Source: a virus
Taxonomy: Duplodnaviria; Caudoviricetes
IMG/VR virus record: IMGVR_UViG_3300033067_001757
Span: 32,001-96,000 of that record
Strand: one strand, 5' to 3'
Length of the DNA stretch: 64,000 bases
Part shown: piece by piece, positions 1 to 9,543 of the stretch
How positions within the stretch are numbered: the stretch's first letter is position 1
Layout: each line of letters starts with the position of its first letter
Translations under genes and position numbers: made by a program
Notes under the pieces: generated by a model
The model's input: the letters and a program-made list of their open reading frames with translations, nothing else
Database searches by the model: none
What the model was told of the DNA's origin: nothing

Positions 1-19
1 AATTTGTCATGACCTTTAT

Positions 20-289
20 TTATTTGTTATCAAAATAGCTCTTGAATAGCTTCTTGTCTTCTTTGCTCAACCTTGCTTTGTATTCAGTAAAGACATCAAC
101 CAGTGCATTCTCAGCCTGCTCAATAGCATCTTCATGATCGTTAGCGATACCATATTTCATTCCTTGAACCAGTAAGCACTTATAGAATAACTTCCACATC
201 AGATCATCATATACTATCGTGATACTGCAGGATGAACCGTCCTGGAAACATGGTTCACCGTATGTGTGGTTGCGGAGTGTTGTGTACAT
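20..289 (-). CDS. hypothetical protein
   Basis: 89-aa ORF co-oriented and closely packed with neighbours. Confidence 0.6.
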   Translation of the reverse strand: MYTTLRNHTYGEPCFQDGSSCSITIVYDDLMWKLFYKCLLVQGMKYGIANDHEDAIEQAENALVDVFTEYKARLSKEDKKLFKSYFDNK

Positions 290-292
290 CGG

Positions 293-1012
293 TTATCGAT
301 CCAACCTCCGGTGCTCAAACAAACCTTCACCCATAGCGACATTGAAGTTTCCTTCCTTCCAGTATGTCTCAATTTTTCCTTCTAAATCTATGAGATTTCC
401 TGAAAATTGTGACACATTGTCGAGATAGAAATCCCTGACATATAGCGTAGGATTATTCGTAAAATTGGCATACCTGGAATTCGCCGTATAGAATCCTGTA
501 GCACTATCCTTCTGTATGTATTCAGGAAAATCTGTATCAGGGTGCTCTCTCCAATGTGCGCATTCCAAAATATGCATAAGAGAATCTTTCTCACGACCCA
601 TGTAGGTCTTAGTATAAAGGGGTTCCCCTGGAAACCTTCGGCTGCGATATCTAACTGCGTCTGCTATACCGTAGTGTAGAAGATGTATACCGGCTGAAAT
701 CCGTGACATCGTAATGTATGGATCATAGATATTTTGCCAGTCATTTTCCAACCCCATCCAATATTTATTCTTCGCCTGTTGACACAGTGTTGTCAACGCC
801 TTACCAATGCCAATGTTACCACTGCTTGATATAACAGAAGTGATATTGTACTCACTGGCTATATTCAAATCTTCTTCAGTAACGTTCTGAAAGAATATAC
901 TCACATCATCAGTAAGATCAAAAAGCTTTGAATCGACGTATGACTGAAGTGTATTTTTCAAAGTCAACGGGCTACCCATTGACAATATTCCAAAACTTAT
1001 AGGTAGTTGCAT
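293..1012 (-). CDS. GT-A fold glycosyltransferase-like protein
   Basis: NIGIG segment, 'GLENDW' DxD-like motif and 'FTNNP', typical of phage GT2-like proteins. Confidence 0.6.
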   Translation of the reverse strand: MQLPISFGILSMGSPLTLKNTLQSYVDSKLFDLTDDVSIFFQNVTEEDLNIASEYNITSVISSSGNIGIGKALTTLCQQAKNKYWMGLENDWQNIYDPYITMSRISAGIHLLHYGIADAVRYRSRRFPGEPLYTKTYMGREKDSLMHILECAHWREHPDTDFPEYIQKDSATGFYTANSRYANFTNNPTLYVRDFYLDNVSQFSGNLIDLEGKIETYWKEGNFNVAMGEGLFEHRRLDR

Positions 1013-1014
1013 AT

Positions 1015-1623
1015 TTATATTTTTTGTTTTAACAATACATCCTTATCCAGTCTTACTACCTCATAATCATATTCTCTCACCAACAGATCAAACATCACAG
1101 CTTCGTCTTCCAAATGCCATCCAACTTCTGATAGTATCACCGGCCTGTGTATAGTACTGTCAAGGAACCTCATCATACCACGTAGTACCTGGCATTCGTG
1201 TCCTTCTACATCAATCTTAATGAAATCAATATGTTTAATCATACTATTCCAGCAATATGTTGACAGCGTTTGTGTCATGATCTCAGAATGTTCTACTGGT
1301 TCAATCTGGTTAAAACCCAGGTTACTTCCATTCATATTCACTTTACACCACCCGTTCACATCTGAGAGCGCTTTATTCTCCACAATCACATTTGAATTAT
1401 TACTGAATTTATCTTTACAGAAGTCAGAAAACTCCTTTACGGGCTCAAAGAGGTAGGCTTTTACGTTTGGCTTACTTCGTATCACATAATCAGTTATAAC
1501 ACCTGTATTGGCCCCGATATCGAATAGAACGCCGTTGTCTGGAATGTGTTCCAGGATCACATTGATATTTTCGATCAGTGATGGATATAAATTGTTTGAC
1601 CAGTCAATTAGGTGTTGGGACAT
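1015..1623 (-). CDS. FkbM family SAM methyltransferase
   Basis: DIGANTG, FEP and IDFIKIDVEGHE motifs. Confidence 0.92.
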   Translation of the reverse strand: MSQHLIDWSNNLYPSLIENINVILEHIPDNGVLFDIGANTGVITDYVIRSKPNVKAYLFEPVKEFSDFCKDKFSNNSNVIVENKALSDVNGWCKVNMNGSNLGFNQIEPVEHSEIMTQTLSTYCWNSMIKHIDFIKIDVEGHECQVLRGMMRFLDSTIHRPVILSEVGWHLEDEAVMFDLLVREYDYEVVRLDKDVLLKQKI

Positions 1624-1883
1624 TAAGTGGATTGTATGTATTCAATGATCTGATTAATCTTCTCGTTATACGCATCAAAACCACAGTCACATTTTGTAAG
1701 ATGATGATTGAGTGATGCTCCGGATTCCGGACAGCTATACCACGCGTCTTCGGGGCAGATGTAGTGCTCTGTTCTGATCAGGCTGTGGGCTGTGGATAGT
1801 ATGTTGTCTTTCCATTTCATTTGATCGATTTGTTTTATCATAGCATCAGATGTTGCTTTTGATATATATCCATTTAAGCTCAT
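1623..1883 (-). CDS. Cys/His-rich hypothetical protein
   Basis: HYICPEDAWYSCP...CDCG, possible metal-binding residues. Confidence 0.6.
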   Translation of the reverse strand: MSLNGYISKATSDAMIKQIDQMKWKDNILSTAHSLIRTEHYICPEDAWYSCPESGASLNHHLTKCDCGFDAYNEKINQIIEYIQST

Positions 1884-2467
1884 ATATTTTCAATTTCGCT
1901 GACAGGTACTACGTTTAGCATTTCGTTTCGATGTTCAGTATAATATTTCCAGTCCAGTACCGGTGGAATCTGTCCGTTATTATAGAGTTGCTGGCTACCA
2001 CGTTTGATGATGCCACAACCCCAATCCGTATCGAGTACACACATGAATAGGTCTGGTCGAGTACAGCGGAGTTTGGCCCAGGCTTTCCACACAGTTCCTA
2101 CCCAAGCTCCCTGTGGAATATGTTCAGTTTGTTGATCTTCTGCTGTGGGTATACAATCGTGTACCATTATGATACCACCATCTGAAAGATGATTGAGACA
2201 ATTGATTACATCACGATATGCAAATGCTTCCAGGTGGTAACCATCCACAAAACAAAAATCGTACTTCTTATCAGTAGGTAATTGCGCAAAGAATTCATCT
2301 GATGTCATCGTGTAATCACACTTATTTCGCGGAGCGGGATCCACTGATGTTTTGTCATCGACTTGTATCTTATCGCAATTACAATAATAGTCTTGAACTC
2401 CTATTTCCAAATAGGATTTGAAACCGTATTTATTGATGATCTGATTGATCACATTCCATCGCATCAT
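1880..2467 (-). CDS. class I SAM methyltransferase (Methyltransf_24-like)
   Basis: YLEIGV, SVDP, FVDGYH, GGIIMVHD motifs. Confidence 0.88.
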   Translation of the reverse strand: MMRWNVINQIINKYGFKSYLEIGVQDYYCNCDKIQVDDKTSVDPAPRNKCDYTMTSDEFFAQLPTDKKYDFCFVDGYHLEAFAYRDVINCLNHLSDGGIIMVHDCIPTAEDQQTEHIPQGAWVGTVWKAWAKLRCTRPDLFMCVLDTDWGCGIIKRGSQQLYNNGQIPPVLDWKYYTEHRNEMLNVVPVSEIENI

Positions 2468-2471
2468 TATT

Positions 2472-3305
2472 TTATGTTTTTGTTGTTATGTATTCCCATT
2501 TATACCCACCTGCAGTGGAATTAGTCCAAGATTTAGAGGGATCTTTTTTACTATAAAACAACGTCTTATTCAAAGCAGAACTTAACGATGCTCGTGTTAT
2601 ATTATTTTTAGTCGCAGCTTCGTAAACAGATGAATATTTTTCAATTATAATATTGGAATTTTTATCAATCTTAGCCACTATTCTGTTTAACTCTGGATTT
2701 TTTTCTTGATCGGATAATTTTAAATATTTTGATTTATATATCCATCTATACCCCTCTGCAACATGTGTAATACCCTTATAAATACAATTATAAATACCAC
2801 TCATGTTTTTATACCCAATTTCTGGGACACCATTCCATTCTTTTATCACATTATAATCCAAATCAAGCTGAAGAATAGTTTTGCTTCTACTCTTATTTGT
2901 TTTACGAATAATTTCTTTAGTAGATTCAGTTGGCGGTGCTCCCAGGCCAGATTCTTCCACTAAATTTGCCCAGGTATCATTATTAACAACGTCAAATAAT
3001 TTACTATAATAACTACCCAATATTTTGATTTCATCAAAATCATATGATTCATATAAAATTATAGTTTGAATATCAGTGTTCTTAACAGAATGCTTTTTTA
3101 AATGTCGATTCCACCTATAACCACTTCCTTTATATGTATAAACAGTAAGATCTTTTCTTTTCCTACTTTGAAATCTCCCTAAATAAAATAGTCCTTTAGG
3201 GCTGATCTTGATGTATAAGTAAATTTTTTGTTTACCTCTAACACTAATCTCCTTGTGTCTTGCTCTTATCCTTTCGTCTGCGGTAGTTATTGCGTACTCT
3301 TTCAT
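2472..3305 (-). CDS. free-standing GIY-YIG (Seg-like) homing endonuclease with NUMOD1-type repeats
   Basis: IYLY...FYLG...YKGSG N-terminus; C-terminal 'AEGYRW' and 'TAGGYKWEY' repeats; AT-rich. Confidence 0.75.
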   Translation of the reverse strand: MKEYAITTADERIRARHKEISVRGKQKIYLYIKISPKGLFYLGRFQSRKRKDLTVYTYKGSGYRWNRHLKKHSVKNTDIQTIILYESYDFDEIKILGSYYSKLFDVVNNDTWANLVEESGLGAPPTESTKEIIRKTNKSRSKTILQLDLDYNVIKEWNGVPEIGYKNMSGIYNCIYKGITHVAEGYRWIYKSKYLKLSDQEKNPELNRIVAKIDKNSNIIIEKYSSVYEAATKNNITRASLSSALNKTLFYSKKDPSKSWTNSTAGGYKWEYITTKT

Positions 3306-3402
3306 CTATTCTTTCTTTGTTTTTCCAATAGTATGTACGACTATATTCACGCTGCTTTGCAGCGAGTTGTTCAGGTGATGTCTGCTTTTTTAATCTGCCC
3401 AT
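3244..3402 (-). CDS. small basic protein (52 aa) overlapping the homing endonuclease start
   Basis: Hand translation MGRLKKQTSPEQLAAKQREYSRTYYWKNKERIDERVRNNYRRRKDKSKTQGD; preceded by the GATATTTATATA motif. Confidence 0.65.
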   Translation of the reverse strand: MGRLKKQTSPEQLAAKQREYSRTYYWKNKERIDERVRNNYRRRKDKSKTQGD

Positions 3403-3411
3403 AATAGTCTG

Positions 3412-3423
3412 TATATAAATATC
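3412..3423 (-). promoter_or_regulatory. GATATTTATATA motif, putative late promoter
   Basis: Copy of the motif that precedes most structural genes; 9 nt before ATG 3402. Confidence 0.6.
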
Positions 3424-3462
3424 AAAGACCTAAGAAAAAAATATAAGAAAGAGGAATTATTT

Positions 3463-4143
3463 TTAGATACCGTATCGTTTTTTTACTTCTTCATAAATGA
3501 ACTCATCGTTTGCTTTTATAGAATCGAATATCGGATCACTTGACGTGGCGCTCATCTGAGTTTTTATTGGAAATTTAAGCATACCATTACGCTTTCCTTC
3601 AAGTCGTAATATGTGAAAAATGCTATCGTCGCCACAAAATATTTTCATACGATCATCTATAACCCGGTAGTTGCTCTTATGCATTACCATGAATATTCCG
3701 AATGCATTCCACCTGGTATCCACTGGTATAAAATCAATTCTATCTGCATAGAATGGTTCCAGGTTGTCAATTGGGAGAACATTTGGTTCATATGCACCGA
3801 GTATACCTAACTGATCGATAGGCCCCTGAGCGATTGCTGACACTATACCTTCAGGTAAAAGAATATCATCATTTGCCAGAATAATGTAATCAAAAGATGA
3901 CTTACGCACTCCATAGTTCCAGCTTGGATTAACATACATGTTATAATCCATCTGAACTGGCTTGAGCTTATCAATCCATTTGTTATCACCGAATGGGAAT
4001 GAGTATGCTTCCATTGTTTCACTGTTGTCAATGAGTATTATCTCACCGACTGCGGGATCGTTGTATAAATTTTCGAGGAGCCTGAGAGTAATATTCCAAC
4101 AGCGCTTCATTGTGGGTATTACTACGCTAAACTTTTTTTCCAT
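3463..4143 (-). CDS. glycosyltransferase family 2
   Basis: FSVVIPT, IILIDN, NPSWNYG, LANDDI motifs. Confidence 0.88.
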   Translation of the reverse strand: MEKKFSVVIPTMKRCWNITLRLLENLYNDPAVGEIILIDNSETMEAYSFPFGDNKWIDKLKPVQMDYNMYVNPSWNYGVRKSSFDYIILANDDILLPEGIVSAIAQGPIDQLGILGAYEPNVLPIDNLEPFYADRIDFIPVDTRWNAFGIFMVMHKSNYRVIDDRMKIFCGDDSIFHILRLEGKRNGMLKFPIKTQMSATSSDPIFDSIKANDEFIYEEVKKRYGI

Positions 4144-4328
4144 GTATGATATTGTGTTAATAATATAGAAGTTTCGTCTGAATGTTTTGTATAATCCTCG
4201 TTAAGCAATCTCTCCATCCTTTCAACAGTATCCGGTTCGTAGAATGGTGATTTGGGATTACATATAGCATCCAGGTCTTGTTGAATGTCCGGTGTCCATT
4301 TAACGTTGAGTTTCTTAAACTCGGTCAT
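4122..4328 (-). CDS. small protein with a major-capsid (gp23)-like motif
   Basis: KKLNVKWTPDIQQDLDA resembles the gp23-family RKLKAxWTxExAQDLxA segment. Confidence 0.55.
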   Translation of the reverse strand: MTEFKKLNVKWTPDIQQDLDAICNPKSPFYEPDTVERMERLLNEDYTKHSDETSILLTQYHTWKKSLA

Positions 4329-4705
4329 ATAATCTTTTCCTCTTTAGGTTTACCAAACACGTCATCCAGGCTGATACCGAATAAGCCGGCCATCTTTTTC
4401 AAGAGATCAACTTTCTGTTCCATCTCACAGTGTGGTTCGTTATTTCGCTTATCGTATTCTGCAGCTAACGTGAGAATCTTTTTCATCTCCTCTACTTCTT
4501 TCTTAAGGTCATCGAACTCTTGCCTGGTTACTTCACGTTGAAATAACTTACTGAGGATTAATTCGTCGGTCTTTTTTGGATCGGGAATATAAGGCTGCTG
4601 ATTTGGAATGACCGGATTTGTATATGGACTATCCGGTTTTAGAAATGGGGCTAAGTCTTTCCACCTATCTGTATAATGGTCACCCATATAGGAAACAACA
4701 CACAT
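4325..4705 (-). CDS. hypothetical phage protein with coiled coil
   Basis: MCVVSYMGDHY start; ...AAEYDKRNNEPHCE; overlaps the next gene. Confidence 0.7.
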   Translation of the reverse strand: MCVVSYMGDHYTDRWKDLAPFLKPDSPYTNPVIPNQQPYIPDPKKTDELILSKLFQREVTRQEFDDLKKEVEEMKKILTLAAEYDKRNNEPHCEMEQKVDLLKKMAGLFGISLDDVFGKPKEEKII

Positions 4706-4711
4706 ATGCTT

Positions 4712-5599
4712 TTATATTTTATTGTTTAAAAATTCTTTGTATTTTGAAATGATAGTATCTACCCTCTGAACCTGTGTATGATCGGCGAGGACTTTTCTGT
4801 AACCATTCTCAGCAATCCTTTTACGATCATCATCATTTCTGAGATAGTAATTGATCTTTGAGATACACTCAGATGGTCCGTCATAGTAAACAATATCTTC
4901 GTCTTCGGTAAAGAGCGAATCGATATTGGTATACTCCGGGAGCCGATCAGTAAGCACCATACTACCGCAAGCCATACCTTCAAAAATTCGACGACTGAGT
5001 TCATGATGCCTACTATTTTGTATCGTTATTGATCCTCTGGCTAAAAAATTTCCATAAACGTTACCAGACATACCGTTCTTATTGATAAATTTTTTTGGCA
5101 TAATGTTTTGGAGAACATCTAAAAACTGTGAACCACCTATTCCACGCGTTGATCTTACCGGGGGTAATCCATCACTATTAATATTAAACCATACAGGATA
5201 TTGTGTTCGAGTATCGGCAAAGTGAGTCCACCATATACAATCATAACCAAGTGCTTTGAACTTCTCGGTAGAATCGTAGGCCGGACATAACAATGTATGA
5301 TATCTGTCAGCAAGCACCTGGTGCTTATCGAAATTTTGCGGACAATCGGCTGTCTCACTCGCAACCCACAAACCCTTTGGTAAATATTGTTTATCGAGTC
5401 CGGTGAAGTTCAATCCCTTCCAGTCCATCACCAATAATATATCCCATATAACATCACTTGATAAGAACTGAGATATACCAGCTTCAGACAGATGGAATCT
5501 TTCTACATGGTGGCTTCTGGACTGCATCTCCGCAATTAGTGATCCGGGAGTACTCCAGGTTTCTTCTCCGAATTCGTACATCACTGCAACTTTAAGCAT
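4712..5599 (-). CDS. glycosyltransferase, CgeB/Glyco_trans_1_2 type
   Basis: SRRIFEGMACGSMVLTD...IAENGY...HT motif. Confidence 0.88.
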   Translation of the reverse strand: MLKVAVMYEFGEETWSTPGSLIAEMQSRSHHVERFHLSEAGISQFLSSDVIWDILLVMDWKGLNFTGLDKQYLPKGLWVASETADCPQNFDKHQVLADRYHTLLCPAYDSTEKFKALGYDCIWWTHFADTRTQYPVWFNINSDGLPPVRSTRGIGGSQFLDVLQNIMPKKFINKNGMSGNVYGNFLARGSITIQNSRHHELSRRIFEGMACGSMVLTDRLPEYTNIDSLFTEDEDIVYYDGPSECISKINYYLRNDDDRKRIAENGYRKVLADHTQVQRVDTIISKYKEFLNNKI

Positions 5600-5810
5600 C
5601 TTGTGTATCAGGTTGAGTATATTGTGAAAGCTTCCAGGTAGCGTTTGTTATGGCGTGATCGAAATCAATTGCGACTTGGCTATATCCTACAGATTCCTTG
5701 TGTCCCTTTAGTACGAACTGTCGTAACTCTTTCCACTGTCCCGCTGTCATAGTAGCCTGAATAGTTACCGGTATATCGTCTGGGTTCTGGTAGAATGCTT
5801 TTATTTCCAT
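5592..5810 (-). CDS. hypothetical protein
   Basis: 72-aa packed ORF. Confidence 0.6.
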   Translation of the reverse strand: MEIKAFYQNPDDIPVTIQATMTAGQWKELRQFVLKGHKESVGYSQVAIDFDHAITNATWKLSQYTQPDTQDA

Positions 5811-5812
5811 GA

Positions 5813-6064
5813 CTATACTAATTCAGAGGTTACTACATCACTAATACCTTCCAAAGATTTCCTGGCATTGATCCTACGCTGAGCTTCTACTATCTGACAC
5901 TGCAGATAGGCCATATGTTGGTATAATTCTGATGCTCCATATCTCTCAATATAATCTTCAAGTGTATCCGGATCGAAGGATCCTTCAACTTCTCCGAGTT
6001 GGTATATCGGTGTTTCAAAATCTGTGATATAGCGTATTGACGCTAATGGTTTTGTTTCTGGCAT
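5813..6064 (-). CDS. hypothetical protein
   Basis: 83-aa packed ORF. Confidence 0.6.
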   Translation of the reverse strand: MPETKPLASIRYITDFETPIYQLGEVEGSFDPDTLEDYIERYGASELYQHMAYLQCQIVEAQRRINARKSLEGISDVVTSELV

Positions 6065-6108
6065 ATTGAATTATTTTATTTATAAATAAGACCGGTTGTA
6101 TTACAATT

Positions 6109-6279
6109 TTACCACCAGTATATCCCACCGTATATAATGGTTGAGATGATCATTCCGAATACATATAAAGTTCTACTTACATTGATATCTCCAAAATAAC
6201 CACCTATAGGTTTTGACCTAACTGCATGTTCGAGAAGATATAATTCGATTAAAATGAAAATGATTAAGTGTATGCTCAT
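6109..6279 (-). CDS. small two-helix membrane protein (56 aa)
   Basis: Hand translation MSIHLIIFILIELYLL...FGMIISTIIYGGIYWW fills the gap between ORFs. Confidence 0.6.
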   Translation of the reverse strand: MSIHLIIFILIELYLLEHAVRSKPIGGYFGDINVSRTLYVFGMIISTIIYGGIYWW

Positions 6280-6284
6280 ATTTA

Positions 6285-6494
6285 TTAGTTATTAAAGTCA
6301 AACTCTTCTACTTCAGGATCAACATTATAATCACCTGATAAATGGTGACCTCTTATACATTCTTCACAAAGCAATCTTCCCTCTTTATCATAAGATGCAG
6401 CAGCTTCATTACATTCATCGCATGTGCCGAGATCATATCCGAAATTGAGATATACAAAGTCCTCTATTGATAATTCTTCTGTGTTGTCTGTCAT
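6285..6494 (-). CDS. small zinc-finger protein
   Basis: CDEC...LCEEC. Confidence 0.65.
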   Translation of the reverse strand: MTDNTEELSIEDFVYLNFGYDLGTCDECNEAAASYDKEGRLLCEECIRGHHLSGDYNVDPEVEEFDFNN

Positions 6495-7420
6495 TGTAAA
6501 AATGTTTGGTTGAACTGTTGCATAACTTTTTCAGCGGAAAACTCTGCTACCAGGCTCTTATAATCAAAATCTTTATTCTGAAAGTTTGTGAGGATACTAA
6601 ACAGTTCATTGGGACTTTCATAATAATACCCGCGACTCTTAAGCATCTCCAGATGATTCTTGTCTCGGCCATCTGAGTTAGTGATGACTGGAAGATTACA
6701 AAAACATGCTTCTGCGATGCTGAGTCCGAAACTTTCGCCATCAGTACGGCCTGTAAGGAAGACGTCACACGTATTGAGGAACCCAGCTTTCTGATATTCA
6801 TCTGTAGTAGCATCGATGTATATAATTCTATCATGAACGAATCCCAGGTTCTTTGTGTTCATCAGAATGACATATGCATCTTTACGTTGTTCCAAAAAGG
6901 CTTTCAGTACCTCGGGTATGTATGGAATATTTAGTTGGTCGTAACCCCCGTAACGCCCTATAACAAATGCGTTATCGGGAATCGATAAGAATGGTCTGTA
7001 ATCTTCTGTACATTCGGGTAAGCTCACAATATGCGGACAACATTTGCTACCAGGATGTTGATCTCGTAACCATGTTGAAACATATGCAGTGATCTCAGGA
7101 TTCTTTACATTGAATACAGCGTGATATACGTTTTTAGTATTTTTAAGCTTCTTGCTGGTATCTTCTCCTGAAATGATCTGATATACTACGTCGATTCCTT
7201 CGTTGTCTACAACATTCTGCAAGTCATTGAAATCCTCATATAAGAATACTCTGTCTGGGAATCGTTCTTCAAACTTTGGCCAGGATCTTAAATCACTGTT
7301 CTTTGGTGCTGCTATGAATGACATGTTACCGAGGATATCTTCGTTACCGACTGCGTAGTCAAACAATGCTACACTTGTGCCCCGGTATCCGAGTTGATTT
7401 TCACAGAATAATACTTTCAT
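6491..7420 (-). CDS. GT-B fold glycosyltransferase (GT4-like)
   Basis: RGTSVALFDYA start; GESFGLSIAEA motif. Confidence 0.88.
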   Translation of the reverse strand: MKVLFCENQLGYRGTSVALFDYAVGNEDILGNMSFIAAPKNSDLRSWPKFEERFPDRVFLYEDFNDLQNVVDNEGIDVVYQIISGEDTSKKLKNTKNVYHAVFNVKNPEITAYVSTWLRDQHPGSKCCPHIVSLPECTEDYRPFLSIPDNAFVIGRYGGYDQLNIPYIPEVLKAFLEQRKDAYVILMNTKNLGFVHDRIIYIDATTDEYQKAGFLNTCDVFLTGRTDGESFGLSIAEACFCNLPVITNSDGRDKNHLEMLKSRGYYYESPNELFSILTNFQNKDFDYKSLVAEFSAEKVMQQFNQTFLQ

Positions 7421-7424
7421 TTTG

Positions 7425-7661
7425 TTACCATGTTATCATAATGTAAGGACCCTCTCGCTGATCACCGGGAGTGTGATAAACGTCATATCCTTCCATTTTT
7501 AATTTATTTATCACATCTTGATGTATCATTTTGTAATAAGACATTTCATACTTACCCTTTTTAGACAACGATGTGATTGATGTTTTTATCTCAACGTACT
7601 GAATATTATCAGTTGAAGTATTATAATTTAGCGCTGTCTCTCTTGCTTCTTTTGCTGTCAT
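7425..7661 (-). CDS. hypothetical protein
   Basis: MTAKEAR...LKMEGYDV...ITW, a common small phage protein pattern. Confidence 0.65.
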   Translation of the reverse strand: MTAKEARETALNYNTSTDNIQYVEIKTSITSLSKKGKYEMSYYKMIHQDVINKLKMEGYDVYHTPGDQREGPYIMITW

Positions 7662-7667
7662 GATATT

Positions 7668-7853
7668 TTATTTAAAGCTTCCTCCGACGTCTTCATCTTT
7701 CCACTGGTTTATAAGTTTACGTACTTCGTATCCGAGTTCCTGGTCGTTTGAGAAGAGAACTTTTAACGCCTCTATTTGGGATAGTTTGTCTGTGGAACTA
7801 TCTTCGGTGTTAAATCCGGTGAAGTGTTCAAATAGACCTGGGTATTCTTTCAT
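7668..7853 (-). CDS. hypothetical protein
   Basis: ORF track 7668..7883; internal Met (MKEYPG) is the more plausible start. Confidence 0.5.
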   Translation of the reverse strand: MKEYPGLFEHFTGFNTEDSSTDKLSQIEALKVLFSNDQELGYEVRKLINQWKDEDVGGSFK

Positions 7854-8481
7854 AGTAATCGTTTTGTTTGATTTGTTTCTCAAGAGATTTTACATGTATG
7901 ATACTATAGTCATCGACGATAGGTAATAAAGAATGATGATTGTGCCCGGTGATCCTTTCGTGTACAGCTCCAGTCCAACGGATACCTGGCCTATTTTTAA
8001 ATATTCTTCCCTGGTAGTCAGGTGAGTTTACCCTGTTATCGGTGTCGGATAATACCCAGCCCCATTTCTGTATCAGATCGGGACGTTCTGTTATATTTGA
8101 AACGATATTGATACGAGGTAGACGATATAATTCAACTTCGGGATTATTATATAAAATCTCTTTAAGTACAGTCAAGAGTGTATCATGTGGCAACTCGTCT
8201 GCATCAAGCTGGAATTGCCATTCCTTCGTACAATGAGCAATCAGATTATTCTTGAAAGCTGCAAAATCATTGTTCAGCGGGAACTCAATGATCCTAATAT
8301 TCACCCCATCTTTCTCCAGCATCTTACAATACTGATATACTTCATCAGAGCGTGATGTATCAAGCTGAATGATTATCTCGTCCTCTGCCGGTACATAATA
8401 TTTTATGAGCCTGGGCATCAGACGTTTCAATTCTTGCAACTCTGTGCAGGCTGTTACGCAGTAAGAAATTGATGGATTCAT
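7828..8481 (-). CDS. glycosyltransferase family 2
   Basis: DFAAFKN, WQFQLDADE, PDYQGRIF, WTGAVHE motifs. Confidence 0.9.
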   Translation of the reverse strand: MNPSISYCVTACTELQELKRLMPRLIKYYVPAEDEIIIQLDTSRSDEVYQYCKMLEKDGVNIRIIEFPLNNDFAAFKNNLIAHCTKEWQFQLDADELPHDTLLTVLKEILYNNPEVELYRLPRINIVSNITERPDLIQKWGWVLSDTDNRVNSPDYQGRIFKNRPGIRWTGAVHERITGHNHHSLLPIVDDYSIIHVKSLEKQIKQNDYYERIPRSI

Positions 8482-8633
8482 TCACTGGTCTTTTTGAGTG
8501 ATAAATAATATTGTAATTCTGATACCAGACAACATATCCAACCGAATACCGCTTGCATGTTACCTTCTTTCATATTATACAGAATAAATGATATTGTCAG
8601 ACACATGCCTATTACATAAAATGGATTTTTCAT
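8478..8633 (-). CDS. small membrane protein (51 aa)
   Basis: Hand translation MKNPFYVIGMCLTISFILY...AVFGWICCLV fills the gap. Confidence 0.5.
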   Translation of the reverse strand: MKNPFYVIGMCLTISFILYNMKEGNMQAVFGWICCLVSELQYYLSLKKTSE

Positions 8634-8641
8634 ATGGTATA

Positions 8642-9082
8642 TTATTCAAAGATTTCCTCGAATACGTATGACTGATCAATGTGTTTAGAATCGGGTAGTG
8701 GTAATCTAGCTCTGATCACATGAGACTTAGCCCGGTGATGATTATACACAACTTCATCCATGGCCATTACCATTATATAATCTTTCTTCCAGTATGTCTC
8801 ATTCACATGATTGAAGAATCTACGCTTATAGAAAGCAGGATCTTCCAACGGAAGATGAAATACTCTGGGGTGATATCCAGCTTCAATGACCGGTTGCAGA
8901 TCGGGGAATGTGCTCAGATACATTTCATAAACATTCCTGGCAGTCTGCTTGACAAAGGAGTCGTCTTCATGACACTGCAGGATGAATATCTCCAGTTGAT
9001 TGTTGTAGACGGGGCGACCAAATATCGCTAAGCGACGGCCCTGACGGTCACATGACCTGAATGTTACTACGTAGTTTTGCAT
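8642..9082 (-). CDS. hypothetical protein
   Basis: 146-aa ORF whose ATG lies in the AATAAAGGTCATG motif. Confidence 0.7.
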   Translation of the reverse strand: MQNYVVTFRSCDRQGRRLAIFGRPVYNNQLEIFILQCHEDDSFVKQTARNVYEMYLSTFPDLQPVIEAGYHPRVFHLPLEDPAFYKRRFFNHVNETYWKKDYIMVMAMDEVVYNHHRAKSHVIRARLPLPDSKHIDQSYVFEEIFE

Positions 9083-9087
9083 GACCT

Positions 9088-9543
9088 TTATTTTTTGTTT
9101 AGTATTTTGAATGCTTCTGTGAAAGCGGCATCAGTACACTTTTTTCTTGTTTTATACCATTCTTTAGAATAGTTACCATAGCTTCCAGCCATTATATCTG
9201 TTCCCACAATTCTATATACCGCATGATAATTATCTATTCTGTAATGAAACTTATTGGTATCGGATGCTGCGTATTCTATTGATATTACGATTCCACATTT
9301 ATCAAACCAGTCGTGTAATTGCTGGTAGGTTGGTGCTGCTACATATTCATCAGGAGCACATGTGTTTGAACCGGAATTTTTAATCCAATAACATTCTGTT
9401 ATTTTAACGGACTCCTGAAATTGAATGTTGGGTATGGTGGGTGAATCCTCTATGAATAAGTTATAGAATGCTAAACAAGGTTCATCAAAATAATGCTCCT
9501 TGGCCATCAATGCAAATTCATATGGGACAAACAAATGATTCAT
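9088..9543 (-). CDS. hypothetical phage protein
   Basis: FVPYE.A..AKE..FDEPC and AAPTYQQ..DWF pattern; start reassigned to MNHLFVPYE. Confidence 0.7.
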   Translation of the reverse strand: MNHLFVPYEFALMAKEHYFDEPCLAFYNLFIEDSPTIPNIQFQESVKITECYWIKNSGSNTCAPDEYVAAPTYQQLHDWFDKCGIVISIEYAASDTNKFHYRIDNYHAVYRIVGTDIMAGSYGNYSKEWYKTRKKCTDAAFTEAFKILNKK

